From: a virus
Direction: 5' to 3' (one strand)
Length of the DNA stretch: 64,000 nt
Virus record (IMG/VR): IMGVR_UViG_3300045988_134731
Span: 74,545 to 138,544 of that record
Every line of letters starts with the position of its first letter. Position 1 is the stretch's first letter. Shown here one piece after another: positions 8,422 to 18,082 of this stretch. The notes beneath the pieces are model-generated. The model ran no database searches and was not told the origin of the DNA. It saw nothing but the letters and a program-made list of their open reading frames with translations. The position numbers were made by a program, and so were the translations under genes.

Positions 8422-8454
8422 TGCTTTATTAATTATTTTTACTTCAATGTCTTA

Positions 8455-9156
8455 TTAATAATTTATTGCATTTTCTTTATTTATAAAGAAATGTATTCCA
8501 GTACTACATTCATTCCATCTATTATTATCAAAATTATCCACATGTACTATTTCTCCAACTCTATATATAAAATTACTATCATGGTTACTATTTATCTTAG
8601 TTATTTTCTCTTCTGTTTCAATATTTTCTATATCTAATACTTTAGCTTTGTTACATCTACATTTTGAAGTAGTTGCACTACTTCTTTTAGCATCTTCTAA
8701 TATCAATAACTTAACTATACATCCATTAGCTTTCTTATATCCTATAAAACTCCCTTCTTCTGGACAAGCTAAATTATAACCAATAGTATGAATATTTGTT
8801 TTTATATCTTTTAAATTAGCATTACTTAAATCAGCATTGCTTAAATTAGCATTACTTAAATTACTATTACTTAAATTAGAATAACTTAAATCAGCATGAC
8901 TTAAATTGGTATATCTTAAATCAGTATATCTTAAATCTACACATCTTAAATTGGTATATCTTAAATCAGTATTGCTTAAATCAGTATTGCTTAAATTAGC
9001 ATATTTTAAATCAGCATATTTTAAATTAACATATTCTAAATCAGCATTTTCTAAATTGGCACATCTTAAATTAGCACGTTTTCCTCCTTTTCCTTTTACC
9101 CACAATTCATGCTCCTTTAATATTTTATTTAATTCCTCTTGATTTATATTTCTCAT
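8455..9156 (-). CDS. pentapeptide-repeat protein with a C-terminal phage-type globular domain
   Basis: About 20 canonical A(D/N)LxX units (ANLENADLEYVNLKYADLKYANLSNTDLSNTDLRYTNL...) are followed by GYKKANGCIVKLLI...RWNECSTGIHFF. Confidence 0.8.
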   Translation of the reverse strand: MRNINQEELNKILKEHELWVKGKGGKRANLRCANLENADLEYVNLKYADLKYANLSNTDLSNTDLRYTNLRCVDLRYTDLRYTNLSHADLSYSNLSNSNLSNANLSNADLSNANLKDIKTNIHTIGYNLACPEEGSFIGYKKANGCIVKLLILEDAKRSSATTSKCRCNKAKVLDIENIETEEKITKINSNHDSNFIYRVGEIVHVDNFDNNRWNECSTGIHFFINKENAINY

Positions 9157-9216
9157 AATATCAACTCCTTATACATATAATTATATCACTTTTTATATAA
9201 AAATCAATACCTTTTA

Positions 9217-9789
9217 TTAATTATTTTTAATTTCTTTTATTACATCTTTGATTAAATTAATTTTTCTATTAATTGTCACACTGCTTACATTTAATGTTTT
9301 AGAAATTTCATTTTGCTTGTATCCATCCATCAACATATTCATGATTATATGTAATTCTTCTGCATTAATTTTATTGTATTTTCCCACATTACGCATTGCA
9401 ATTATATCATCAAATTCTTTTAACAATTCCATATATTCAATATCTTTATATTTCAAATCTATTTTTCCTATGGTATCTAATAGAGTGGTCTGTTCTTTAT
9501 CATCGTCAGATATATTAACATCCATAGATATAAGTACATCTTTGTCTCTATAAACATTATCTCTTAAATATACATTGTATGAATTATATATTATTGCACA
9601 AATAAAACTTTTTATATTTCCTTTAGTAGAATCAAATTTGTTTTTAGCACTCCAAAGCTCCAGTAATGAATGTTGAATCATGTCATCTTTGAATTTGAAA
9701 AATCCATTATAATTTTTATTATATATCTTACCAGCCAATTCTAAAGATAAATTCACATATTCTGTATCACTTATCATTGTTTTACTCAT
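9217..9789 (-). CDS. sigma-70 family (ECF-like) RNA polymerase sigma factor
   Basis: Region 2-like DDMIQHSLLELWSAKNKFDSTKGNIKSFICAIIYNSYNVYLRD. Region 4 HTH: MLMDGYKQNEISKTLNVSSVTINRKINLIKDVI. Confidence 0.7.
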   Translation of the reverse strand: MSKTMISDTEYVNLSLELAGKIYNKNYNGFFKFKDDMIQHSLLELWSAKNKFDSTKGNIKSFICAIIYNSYNVYLRDNVYRDKDVLISMDVNISDDDKEQTTLLDTIGKIDLKYKDIEYMELLKEFDDIIAMRNVGKYNKINAEELHIIMNMLMDGYKQNEISKTLNVSSVTINRKINLIKDVIKEIKNN

Positions 9790-9827
9790 CCCTTATTTCC
9801 CCCATTTCTTTTGTATATTAATTATTT

Positions 9828-10217
9828 TTAAACTATTTCCCAAGATATTATTATAAAATTATTTATTTCGTAATAATTATTATTTGAATAAGTTATACCA
9901 TAATCATCATAGTCATATGCCGTATTACTTCCATAACTATTAAAGTTATCGGTATCTTTTAGACTACTACCACTTGCCCACGTATAACCTTTATCGGATA
10001 AAAAATATAAAAAATCTTCTGCTTTTTCTTTAGTATTGCAATTTACAGCTATGTCCTCATATATGAATTTATTTAAATCTATAGTATTTTTATTCCATGT
10101 CATTTCGCCTAAACATTCTTTTATTTTTGTTAAAAGGTTATACTCCATACAATTATTAGTATTTGATAATATTTTTTTAAGATAATTTAATTCTTCTTGT
10201 GTCATTTCTATTTTCAT
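9828..10217 (-). CDS. hypothetical protein (paralog family with 10884-11516 and 11518-11980)
   Basis: The start is set at MKIEMTQ after the AAAGGGGATGA RBS. The shared block is WNKNTIDLNKFIYEDIAVNCNTKEKAEDFLYFLSDKGYTW...WEIV. Confidence 0.55.
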   Translation of the reverse strand: MKIEMTQEELNYLKKILSNTNNCMEYNLLTKIKECLGEMTWNKNTIDLNKFIYEDIAVNCNTKEKAEDFLYFLSDKGYTWASGSSLKDTDNFNSYGSNTAYDYDDYGITYSNNNYYEINNFIIISWEIV

Positions 10218-10233
10218 AATATCATCCCCTTTA

Positions 10234-10794
10234 TTAATTATTTTCATTTATTTCATTTATTATAAATCTCATTCTATGAATTTTCTTCTTTACAGTATTC
10301 TGACTGCAACCAAACATCTTAGACACTTCAGATTGTGTGTAGCCTTTATCTAATAATTCAATAATTTTATGTAATTCATTTATATTCATTTTTCTACTTG
10401 TTCTTTTGTTTTTATTTATAACATATTTATCAAATTTCTTCATTAGTTCATTAAATTCTATATCGTTGTAATGTATATCATCTTTACCTATAATATCCTC
10501 TAAACCTAGTATATACCCTTCTTCACTTTCTTGCTCTATATAAGTATATTTGTCTTGATGTTTATATACAAAGTCTCTAAAGTACTTTTTAAAGCTTCTA
10601 TCGGCTATCAAATTAAGATAACTATTTAAAGATATATTTTTTCTATTATCGTATCTTTTTATAGATTTACACATTTCTAAAATTGCTAGTCCTATTGCAT
10701 CATCTCTATCATTAGGAAATTGTTTATATTTTTTATTCCATGTTCCCTTTGCTACACTCATTATTAGATTCCCTTTTTCCTCACTAATTTTCAT
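10234..10794 (-). CDS. sigma-70 family (ECF-like) RNA polymerase sigma factor
   Basis: Region 2-like DDAIGLAILEMCKSIKRYDNRKNISLNSYLNLIADRSFKKYFRD. Region 4 HTH: LLDKGYTQSEVSKMFGCSQNTVKKKIHRMRFII. Confidence 0.7.
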   Translation of the reverse strand: MKISEEKGNLIMSVAKGTWNKKYKQFPNDRDDAIGLAILEMCKSIKRYDNRKNISLNSYLNLIADRSFKKYFRDFVYKHQDKYTYIEQESEEGYILGLEDIIGKDDIHYNDIEFNELMKKFDKYVINKNKRTSRKMNINELHKIIELLDKGYTQSEVSKMFGCSQNTVKKKIHRMRFIINEINENN

Positions 10795-10883
10795 ATTTAT
10801 TCCCTCCTTTATTTATCTTATATATATTATAACACATTCTCATTAGAAGTCAACACCTCTAATGAGAATTTTATTAATTATTT

Positions 10884-11516
10884 TTATACTTCAACTAATT
10901 TAATTGGTATGTTATGATTCAAACAATATTCTCTTTCTATCATACATCCTTTACTGTTAACAAAATCTTTATCTATAACCCACATCTCCTTGCAAGTCTT
11001 TAAAAGTTCTATACAAAGGTCTATGCCTGCGTCATAAGGATAACTATCGTATAAGTAGCCGAATGTATGTACAGGGCTTATAAATACGTAATTTGGATAT
11101 TCTTTAACTAATCTTTTGACCTTATATTCTATATCTCTTTTGTTTTCTTTTAATCCACTATAGGAATGAGATATATAAATTTTCTTTATGAATTCAGTTC
11201 TTTCTATTTCATCAAATGATATTATGTTTGTTTCTTTATTAATTATTTCCCATTCGTATATTTTGTAATATTTATCATAAAAACCTATTGAGGAATAACT
11301 TAATCCTGTTTCGTCAAATCTATAACAAGTTTCACGCCCAAATTCGTAATTTTTTATATTATATTTTGTCAATTTATCTCTACTGCACCAAATTATACCT
11401 TCATCATCTAAATATTTAAATAAATCTATTGATTCTTTTTCTGTTTTACAGTTGATAACTATATTTCCTTTTTTGAATTCTTCTATGTCTAATGTATTTC
11501 TATTTAATTTATTCAT
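10884..11516 (-). CDS. two-domain protein: shared N-terminal module plus a DUF4406/nucleoside-deoxyribosyltransferase-like C-terminus (tentative)
   Basis: The N-terminus LNRNTLDIEEFKKGNIVINCKTEKESIDLFKYLDDEGIIW...WEII matches the neighbouring paralogs. The C-terminus is IYISHSYSG...VFISPVH...CKEMWVIDKDFVNSKGCMIEREYC. Confidence 0.4.
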   Translation of the reverse strand: MNKLNRNTLDIEEFKKGNIVINCKTEKESIDLFKYLDDEGIIWCSRDKLTKYNIKNYEFGRETCYRFDETGLSYSSIGFYDKYYKIYEWEIINKETNIISFDEIERTEFIKKIYISHSYSGLKENKRDIEYKVKRLVKEYPNYVFISPVHTFGYLYDSYPYDAGIDLCIELLKTCKEMWVIDKDFVNSKGCMIEREYCLNHNIPIKLVEV

Positions 11517-11517
11517 A

Positions 11518-11980
11518 TTATATAACCTCCCATTTTATTATTTTATAATTTTGACTTCTGTAATAGGTTGTGCTAGCATACAATATTCCCATATCTTCAA
11601 AGTTGTAACCCGTTCTGTTTTCATACATAAAATAGTAAGTTTCTATTCCTAAAGGTTTGCCTGTTCCTCAAATAAATTCATGTTCTTTTAAAACGTTAAA
11701 AAAAATCATTCACTTTCTCTTCAGTATCGCACCAAACAGCAACTCTACCATTTACAAATTCTTCTAAATCAATAGTATCTCTATTCCAAATATATTCATA
11801 TTCAAAATAACTCATTATTTTTTCAATCAAAGCATTCTTTTTGTTAAAATACGGGCAATTCACACAATCAAACGGTTTATATTGATATTCTTCAATTATA
11901 CAACCCGATTCACATTCATTTGTATTGCTGATTAATATTTTTAACACTTCAAATTCTTTATCAGTTAATTCTATTTCCAT
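11518..11980 (-). pseudogene. disrupted paralog of 9828-10217 (frameshift in an A8/T8 run plus an in-frame TGA at a conserved Trp)
   Basis: The ORF stops at 11696 just after a T8 run (11698-11705). A one-base shift continues as NVLKEHEFI-TGA-GTGKPLGIETYYFMYENRTGYNFEDMGILYASTTYYRSQNYKIIKWEVI. The TGA (11668-11670) aligns with W in both paralogs. Confidence 0.6.
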
Positions 11981-11981
11981 A

Positions 11982-12182
11982 TTAATCCTCCCATTCAAAA
12001 TCATAAGTTACCTTACCTTGTTTAAAATGATAATATATATCATTAAATTCTCTTGTTATTTTCACACATTTAAATAAATCGTGATAATCATTCACATATA
12101 TCGTATCTCCTAATTTATAATCATAGTTTGTTTTCATACACTCCATCACACCATTACAATACATTAATTCTAAAAATTTCAT
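11982..12182 (-). CDS. hypothetical small protein
   Basis: 66-aa ORF with an RBS. Confidence 0.5.
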   Translation of the reverse strand: MKFLELMYCNGVMECMKTNYDYKLGDTIYVNDYHDLFKCVKITREFNDIYYHFKQGKVTYDFEWED

Positions 12183-12243
12183 AATTACATTCCTTCCTTT
12201 TTATTAATTATTTAGTTTTCAATATTATTCGTCAATAAGTTTA

Positions 12244-12855
12244 TTAATTATTTTTCAACTTACACCATTTTCTATAAACTGTATGATATTCTTCCCATGA
12301 ATTGTCTAAAACGAATCCTTCATTTGCATTGATTACATCGACAATTCCTCCGTCACAACGATACATCCAAACCTTTATGTCTTTTTCTGCAACCAAATCC
12401 ATACTGAAATAATATTTCTTATTTTTATCAAATATAACTTCTTTTGAATTATTATTTATAAGTTTATCTTCTAAATTATCTAATGATAAAATTCCCGAGT
12501 CTGCCCAATGGTCATTTTTATCTATACCAAAAAATATTTTTCCTTCAAATTCTTTAGGTTTACCACCTTGAAAACTTGATTTTGTTTGTATTGTTCCTAT
12601 AATGTTATTTATAATATCATTTCCATATATATTTTCTTTTTCTATGGATTTAACATCTACTTCTATTTTATTGCAACTATAAGGAAATACAACATATTCC
12701 TCACCTTCTACTTTAATTACACCTATATATTCAGTTTCTGTCTCTACGATTTTATTATGGCATAAATTAGTCCAATTAGGAATGTTCCCATTATAAAGAT
12801 AATACTTATTTTTATCAAATATATATAAAGTGTCTAAATCAAATTTATCCAACAT
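12244..12855 (-). CDS. hypothetical protein
   Basis: 203-aa ORF with an RBS and a promoter/box upstream. It ends ...KNN in the box. Confidence 0.6.
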   Translation of the reverse strand: MLDKFDLDTLYIFDKNKYYLYNGNIPNWTNLCHNKIVETETEYIGVIKVEGEEYVVFPYSCNKIEVDVKSIEKENIYGNDIINNIIGTIQTKSSFQGGKPKEFEGKIFFGIDKNDHWADSGILSLDNLEDKLINNNSKEVIFDKNKKYYFSMDLVAEKDIKVWMYRCDGGIVDVINANEGFVLDNSWEEYHTVYRKWCKLKNN

Positions 12856-12919
12856 ATTTTTTCCTCCTTATACTTATAATTATATAACCTTTTATATCAT
12901 TTGTCAATAAGTTTATTAA

Positions 12920-13504
12920 TTATTTTAGCTTTAAATTATGTAACTTTTTAATTTTTTCTTTTTTCTCACCATTGCTTTCAGTATAATACTTTTCATTATA
13001 TCGTTTAATGCTTGCTTCGTCTTTTATAGGTTTTTCTTTTTGTATATAATTACTTAAAGCATCCAATATTGTATTGTAAGCTTTATCAAATCCGTATAAT
13101 TTACGATTTTCATTTTCTGTAATTCTACGCTTAGTTAATTGATTTTTCATATCATTTAAAAATTCTAATTGTTTTATTTCTTCTAATTCTCCTAAGTCTA
13201 ATTCTTCAAGTTGATGATATAATTTATTTTTAACATTACCATAATTATGCTCTTCTCTTGTTACTTCTACTTGGTATTTACCAAGCTCTATTAAGTCATC
13301 TATAAGATTATTATATAACTTTTCAAAAGACTTTTTACCTGTATGTTTTACAAATTGCACTTTATCATCTTTATAAACTGTTATTTCAGCAGGTATATTT
13401 GAATATTCTTGTTTAATTTCATTATATTTTTCCATACACTCTTTATAACTATCTGCTTTCAAAGAGAAACTGCCATATTTTAATCCAATTTTTATTTTAT
13501 ACAT
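12920..13504 (-). CDS. hypothetical protein (Lys/Glu-rich, coiled-coil-like)
   Basis: 194-aa ORF with an RBS. Confidence 0.6.
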   Translation of the reverse strand: MYKIKIGLKYGSFSLKADSYKECMEKYNEIKQEYSNIPAEITVYKDDKVQFVKHTGKKSFEKLYNNLIDDLIELGKYQVEVTREEHNYGNVKNKLYHQLEELDLGELEEIKQLEFLNDMKNQLTKRRITENENRKLYGFDKAYNTILDALSNYIQKEKPIKDEASIKRYNEKYYTESNGEKKEKIKKLHNLKLK

Positions 13505-13541
13505 CTTCTTTCCCCCTTATACATTATTTTATTAATTATTT

Positions 13542-13760
13542 TTAAACTTCTAAATCGAATCCCCTTAAATGATTATAATAACTTTCTCTTTTATCTGCTC
13601 TGTCTAACACATCCACTCTACATTGAAGAAAATCTATAACCTTTTCTAAAAACTCATCGTCAAAATCTTGATTAATTTCTTTACAATATATAGCGTCTTC
13701 TTCTACGCTATTTGCTACTATTTCGTACGCTTCTTTAACATTCATAGTACCTAATCTCAT
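13542..13760 (-). CDS. hypothetical small protein
   Basis: 72-aa ORF with an RBS. Confidence 0.5.
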   Translation of the reverse strand: MRLGTMNVKEAYEIVANSVEEDAIYCKEINQDFDDEFLEKVIDFLQCRVDVLDRADKRESYYNHLRGFDLEV

Positions 13761-13793
13761 ATTAATTTCCCCCTTTATTTTATCTTTTGTATA

Positions 13794-14138
13794 TTATATT
13801 TCTTTGCACCAATTCACAAATACGATGTAAGCTTCACCTTTGTCATTGAAACAATAACCATTTTTTTTATTTTCAACTTTGACTGGTTTACCATCTATTT
13901 CTATTTGCCACCCACTCAACTCTCCTAAATGTTTTGATATTAATCTCTTATCAAATACATATTGTTTTCCTACTTCAAACTCTTCTACTTTATCTCCTAA
14001 GCACATACATTGACTAGGTAAAATTATTTTTTCTTCACCATTTTCTGGTATAATCCCAGTAAATTCATCCACAATTGTTACAAGCTCTCCTTCATATATA
14101 TAATTTTTGCTTGAATCAAATAAATCTACATTTTTCAT
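13794..14138 (-). CDS. hypothetical protein
   Basis: 114-aa ORF with an RBS. Confidence 0.55.
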   Translation of the reverse strand: MKNVDLFDSSKNYIYEGELVTIVDEFTGIIPENGEEKIILPSQCMCLGDKVEEFEVGKQYVFDKRLISKHLGELSGWQIEIDGKPVKVENKKNGYCFNDKGEAYIVFVNWCKEI

Positions 14139-14231
14139 ATTACCAACTCCTTAATTTTTATTTATTATGTATTAAGTATATCATAACCAAATTATTTTTG
14201 TCAATACATTTTATTAATTATTTATAAATTT

Positions 14232-15011
14232 TTAGTCTGTAATTTCAACTTCATAATTATACAAAGCATCATAAAGTTTAATTGGTATCAAATCTTTATA
14301 ATAATCAGCAACTTCTTTAATATTCTTTTCCTTGTAATACTTGTAAACTTCAAATGCCTTATCTTGTGTTTCATAAATTCCTAGATGTTTACCTTTTGAT
14401 TCTCCTGTTTCTGGATTAATCATACTACAATGTACTATATATTTACCATTTTTAAGAGAACTTGTTCCTATAACTGATTCTCCTCTTGATTTATCACGTT
14501 TGATAAATAAACCATTAATTTTTTGAGGTACAAATACACAAGTATCCGGTGAATAAATCTTATTGTGCTTTACTAAAATATCTTTATCTAAATGCATTAT
14601 TTCATCTTTTACTTCATAATAGTTATCATAATACCACTTAGCAAAATTTTGAAAATTTAACCAATCTTCGTCAACTTCACAATTAGTATATGTAGGTTGT
14701 TTCTTGTGGTATTTAGAATCATAACATCTATATAACATATTATGCCATGTATCATAAACTCTAGTATTTTTACCATTCTCTTTTACTTTATACTCCCCTT
14801 CTCCCGGATAACCAACTTCATATACTTTTCTCTCATAAGGGCAACTAATTTTACCTTTTTTAAAGTTATCATATCGTCTATTTTTAGCAGTCCAATTATA
14901 CTCTGGGAAATAGACGTCAATATCTCTATTTGTTCTATACTCTACAATTATCATTTTACTGCCAAAATTATTTATTCCTCTTTCGCCTGTTCTATCTATT
15001 TTGTTATTCAT
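14232..15011 (-). CDS. AP2-like DNA-binding, homing-endonuclease-like protein (paralog 2 of 3)
   Basis: 259 aa and colinear with 6185-6964 and 24440-25219. The 3' third is also conserved at the nucleotide level. Confidence 0.5.
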   Translation of the reverse strand: MNNKIDRTGERGINNFGSKMIIVEYRTNRDIDVYFPEYNWTAKNRRYDNFKKGKISCPYERKVYEVGYPGEGEYKVKENGKNTRVYDTWHNMLYRCYDSKYHKKQPTYTNCEVDEDWLNFQNFAKWYYDNYYEVKDEIMHLDKDILVKHNKIYSPDTCVFVPQKINGLFIKRDKSRGESVIGTSSLKNGKYIVHCSMINPETGESKGKHLGIYETQDKAFEVYKYYKEKNIKEVADYYKDLIPIKLYDALYNYEVEITD

Positions 15012-15036
15012 AATATATCATCCCCTTTATTAATTA

Positions 15037-15348
15037 TTATTTATAAATTTTATAAAAAGTAATTAAATCATACATTCCCTTTGTTCCTCTTATAATAAAC
15101 CACTTTTTAAATTGTTCCTTACTTATATGAGTATATATTCTCGCACATTCTGAATCTGGTATGTCCTCAAATATAACATTATTAACTAAGAAGTTTTTGA
15201 ATGTTTCATAATCTGATTGATTATAAAGTGTATCTATTATCTTGTAATTTTTTTGCTGATTTATTTTTATATTTTTAATTCTTTCTTTATTTTTTTCAAT
15301 TATATTCCCACCTGCACAATTAATAGGTTTAATTATCATATTTATCAT
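15037..15348 (-). CDS. hypothetical protein
   Basis: 103-aa ORF. Confidence 0.5.
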   Translation of the reverse strand: MINMIIKPINCAGGNIIEKNKERIKNIKINQQKNYKIIDTLYNQSDYETFKNFLVNNVIFEDIPDSECARIYTHISKEQFKKWFIIRGTKGMYDLITFYKIYK

Positions 15349-15566
15349 TTATCCCCCTTGTTTTTATTTTATATATATATTATATGATGTTTATTATAAT
15401 TTATCAACTGTTTTATTAATTATTTTTAAAATTAAATAAAAATAATAGTAATCCAAATATTATACTCAATTATATTATACCACCTATGCATATTATATAT
15501 TTCATATTTATCACCCCTTTTATATAATAATAGTACATCTTGATATATTTGTCAATAAGAATGAGT

Positions 15567-15595
15567 AAAAAAATAGAAGGTATTAAACACCTTCT
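15567..15595 (-). terminator. rho-independent terminator
   Basis: Stem AGAAGGT/ACCTTCT (15575-15581 / 15589-15595), followed on the minus strand by a T7 run (plus-strand A-run at 15567-15573). Confidence 0.65.
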
Positions 15596-15609
15596 GAAAC
15601 TTTTATTAA

Positions 15610-16611
15610 TTATTTAACCACATTCTTTATATTATCTAATAATTTATCTAAATCAATTTCAAATAATTTAACTGATAATTCATACAGTTCATTTAATTGA
15701 TTTAATACTTTATCTATATATTCAAGTTTATTTTCTTTTATTTTCTTTGTAACTTTTATCTCTTCTCCTAAATTATTTATTATCTTACCTTTATAAACTA
15801 AATTACTCATTCTCTTAGATAAATCTAAATGATATTTCTTTTCAAATTCAGAATACAATAAATTCCATCTATCTGTAACTTTATCTATACCATTAATCCT
15901 TATTATTTGATTTAATCTTTGTCTTTTTTCAGCTAAAGTTATATTCTCTGCAAGCCCCTCTATAACGCCACTCTTATGTTTGCTTTCCTTTTCTAATTCT
16001 AGTATCCTTTTATTCTTTAATTCAAATAATTTGGCATTGATTTCATTCATTTTCACTAAATCACCAGACATCATAGCGTCAACATAATCAACTTTTAATC
16101 TTGTTTCCTCATCAATTTCATTCGATATTGTATCAATGTTACCATTGCCATTTTCTGCATCGTGTACTATATCTAATATTCTTTTTCTCAACTCTTTTGC
16201 TATTTCTGAATCTCTTAATAGCATACCTATATTTAATAGAGTGCGTTTTGTCATAAGATACATACCTCTGTTTGGAAATATTAATTCATATCCATCATTG
16301 AATGTTAATATTGACTTTCCGTTCATTTGTTTATTATTTCTTAAATGTCCTTCTAGAACTTTTAAGAAATCTTTCTTTTTATATATTTTAAGTCCATTTT
16401 CAATTAATTCATCTCTATTGTTTTTAATTAAACTATTTATTGCCTCTAACCCTACCTCATAATAATCTGCTCCCATTTGTACTGTTATTAAATCTGTATT
16501 AGCTATTGTTAGTATATCTTTTACACTTTCTAATATATGTATATTATTTTCAGTCATTTGAGTTCTTCTTTCTTTTACATTTATTATTCCATTTTCTATT
16601 CTTTTATCCAT
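15610..16611 (-). CDS. hypothetical protein, possibly a phage regulatory or antirepressor-type protein
   Basis: 333-aa ORF. The assignment is weak, resting only on general similarity of the N-terminal half to phage regulatory-protein domains. Confidence 0.55.
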   Translation of the reverse strand: MDKRIENGIINVKERRTQMTENNIHILESVKDILTIANTDLITVQMGADYYEVGLEAINSLIKNNRDELIENGLKIYKKKDFLKVLEGHLRNNKQMNGKSILTFNDGYELIFPNRGMYLMTKRTLLNIGMLLRDSEIAKELRKRILDIVHDAENGNGNIDTISNEIDEETRLKVDYVDAMMSGDLVKMNEINAKLFELKNKRILELEKESKHKSGVIEGLAENITLAEKRQRLNQIIRINGIDKVTDRWNLLYSEFEKKYHLDLSKRMSNLVYKGKIINNLGEEIKVTKKIKENKLEYIDKVLNQLNELYELSVKLFEIDLDKLLDNIKNVVK

Positions 16612-16716
16612 ATTATCATTCTCCTTTTTATTTATTATTTTTATTGATATTTCATTAACTTTATTAATTATTTTTATTCTGCACTCAATTTACATCAACT
16701 CCTTTCTTATATTACT

Positions 16717-16748
16717 ATATTAACAATTACTATTGAAAAATTACCTAT
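16717..16748 (-). promoter_or_regulatory. class-2 promoter motif ATAGGTAAT-N14-TGTTAATAT
   Basis: The reverse complement is cATAGGTAATTTTTcaatagtaatTGTTAATAt, with the 23-nt geometry. Confidence 0.5.
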
Positions 16749-16783
16749 GCCTATAAACAAAAAAAAGAAACTAGAGATTTTCT

Positions 16784-17656
16784 CTAATTTCTCGAAGAAT
16801 TACATCCATAATATAAATGGTGATATTTAAAGCTTAACTCATTAGCATTCATATTATATCCATTTATATCAAGATAGCTCTTTGTATTTTGTATAGTCCA
16901 TATAATATTATCTAATGTTTGTAATACAAACATGTCATACATGATTCCACTTTGGTATATTCCTGTAGCCGTTAAGGTAACATTTAATCCACCATGTTGT
17001 AATTCTTTTGTTAAAACAGTTAATTTTCCACTTAAATTACTACGTTTCATTGGTTCTAAACCATTATTAGTATATTTATTACATAATGTCTTGAATAAAT
17101 ATTCACTATGCATATTTAAATCATAATAAAGCACATTTCTACTTCTTGTTGTATTAACATATACTTCTTGTTCTATTGTATCTTTAACTAACTCTTTCAT
17201 TATATCATCACACAATATCTTATTTCCATTTACATTTATATAACTATAGTCTTCTGCTACGTCAGAAATCTTAATTTCTAATAGGTCTTTAAATCCTTTG
17301 CCTAATACTTTATTAAATATCATATATATTAATAATTTGTCTTGTGCATTTATAAGTGAATTGATTATATCTAATATTTGAGTTTTTGTGAAGTATTTAG
17401 ATTCGTCAAAATATAAACATTTTTCCATTAATTCATCTTCTTTTAAATCGTATTTAATTCCCTTTGTATCTAATATTTCTTTTAAAATTCTAAATCCGTC
17501 GTAGAAACTACTTCTATTAATTGTCTTTAGATTTTTTATAGCAAAATCTTTTATTACTTGTTCATTTATATTTTTTTCACCTATTTCATTAATTAAATCA
17601 TTCACTTTATTTTCCATTCTATTCATTTTAATTTGTTTATCACACATCTTTTTCAT
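16784..17656 (-). CDS. hypothetical protein
   Basis: 290-aa ORF with an AAGGAAGGGG RBS. Confidence 0.6.
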   Translation of the reverse strand: MKKMCDKQIKMNRMENKVNDLINEIGEKNINEQVIKDFAIKNLKTINRSSFYDGFRILKEILDTKGIKYDLKEDELMEKCLYFDESKYFTKTQILDIINSLINAQDKLLIYMIFNKVLGKGFKDLLEIKISDVAEDYSYINVNGNKILCDDIMKELVKDTIEQEVYVNTTRSRNVLYYDLNMHSEYLFKTLCNKYTNNGLEPMKRSNLSGKLTVLTKELQHGGLNVTLTATGIYQSGIMYDMFVLQTLDNIIWTIQNTKSYLDINGYNMNANELSFKYHHLYYGCNSSRN

Positions 17657-17688
17657 TTTAACCCCTTCCTTAGTTGTCTGCCTTGCTT

Positions 17689-17717
17689 ATTATAACATAT
17701 GATATCCTTAATGACAA
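17689..17717 (-). promoter_or_regulatory. sigma-A-type promoter (TTGTCA-N17-TATAAT) bracketed by a 9-bp inverted repeat
   Basis: The -35 is at 17712-17717 and the -10 at 17689-17694. The inverted-repeat arms TTAGTTGTC (17670-17678) and GACAACTAA (17713-17721) flank it. Confidence 0.55.
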
Positions 17718-17803
17718 CTAACTTTATTAATTTTTCTTTTTATATATTATATACAAATTAGAGTTTAAATATTCACAATTTATTAATTATTTTGAAAATG
17801 AGC

Positions 17804-17832
17804 AAAAAAAAATAAGAGGTTTTATGCCTCTT
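17804..17832 (-). terminator. rho-independent terminator
   Basis: Stem AAGAGG/CCTCTT (17814-17819 / 17827-17832), followed on the minus strand by ATTTTTTTT. Confidence 0.65.
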
Positions 17833-17873
17833 GAAAGTAACGATTATTTAATTCTGTTTTTAATTACCCTTTA

Positions 17874-18065
17874 TTAATTATTATCAAACTCATCTAAAGT
17901 AATCATGTTATCAAATCTTTTTTTTATTCTTCTTTCCCATTCGCGATTCATCACATCAAACATACAACTCATACCAAATAACTCTTTACATTTATTTTTT
18001 AAATCTTCATTCGTACATATATTATAACACGCAGGCGTATTTATTTTACATTCTTCACAATTCAT
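17874..18065 (-). CDS. hypothetical small Cys-rich protein
   Basis: 63-aa ORF with an RBS. It ends ...DNN in the box. Confidence 0.5.
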   Translation of the reverse strand: MNCEECKINTPACYNICTNEDLKNKCKELFGMSCMFDVMNREWERRIKKRFDNMITLDEFDNN

Positions 18066-18082
18066 TGTATCAACCTCCTTTA

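Noticed and set aside
11668-11670. The in-frame TGA aligned with Trp, as evidence for genetic code 4 (TGA read as Trp).
   Set aside because: Trp is encoded by TGG throughout the window. Long ORFs of 400-490 aa are intact under the standard code, and TGA serves as a genuine stop (for example at 26344). A single nonsense mutation in an already frameshifted paralog is the simpler explanation.
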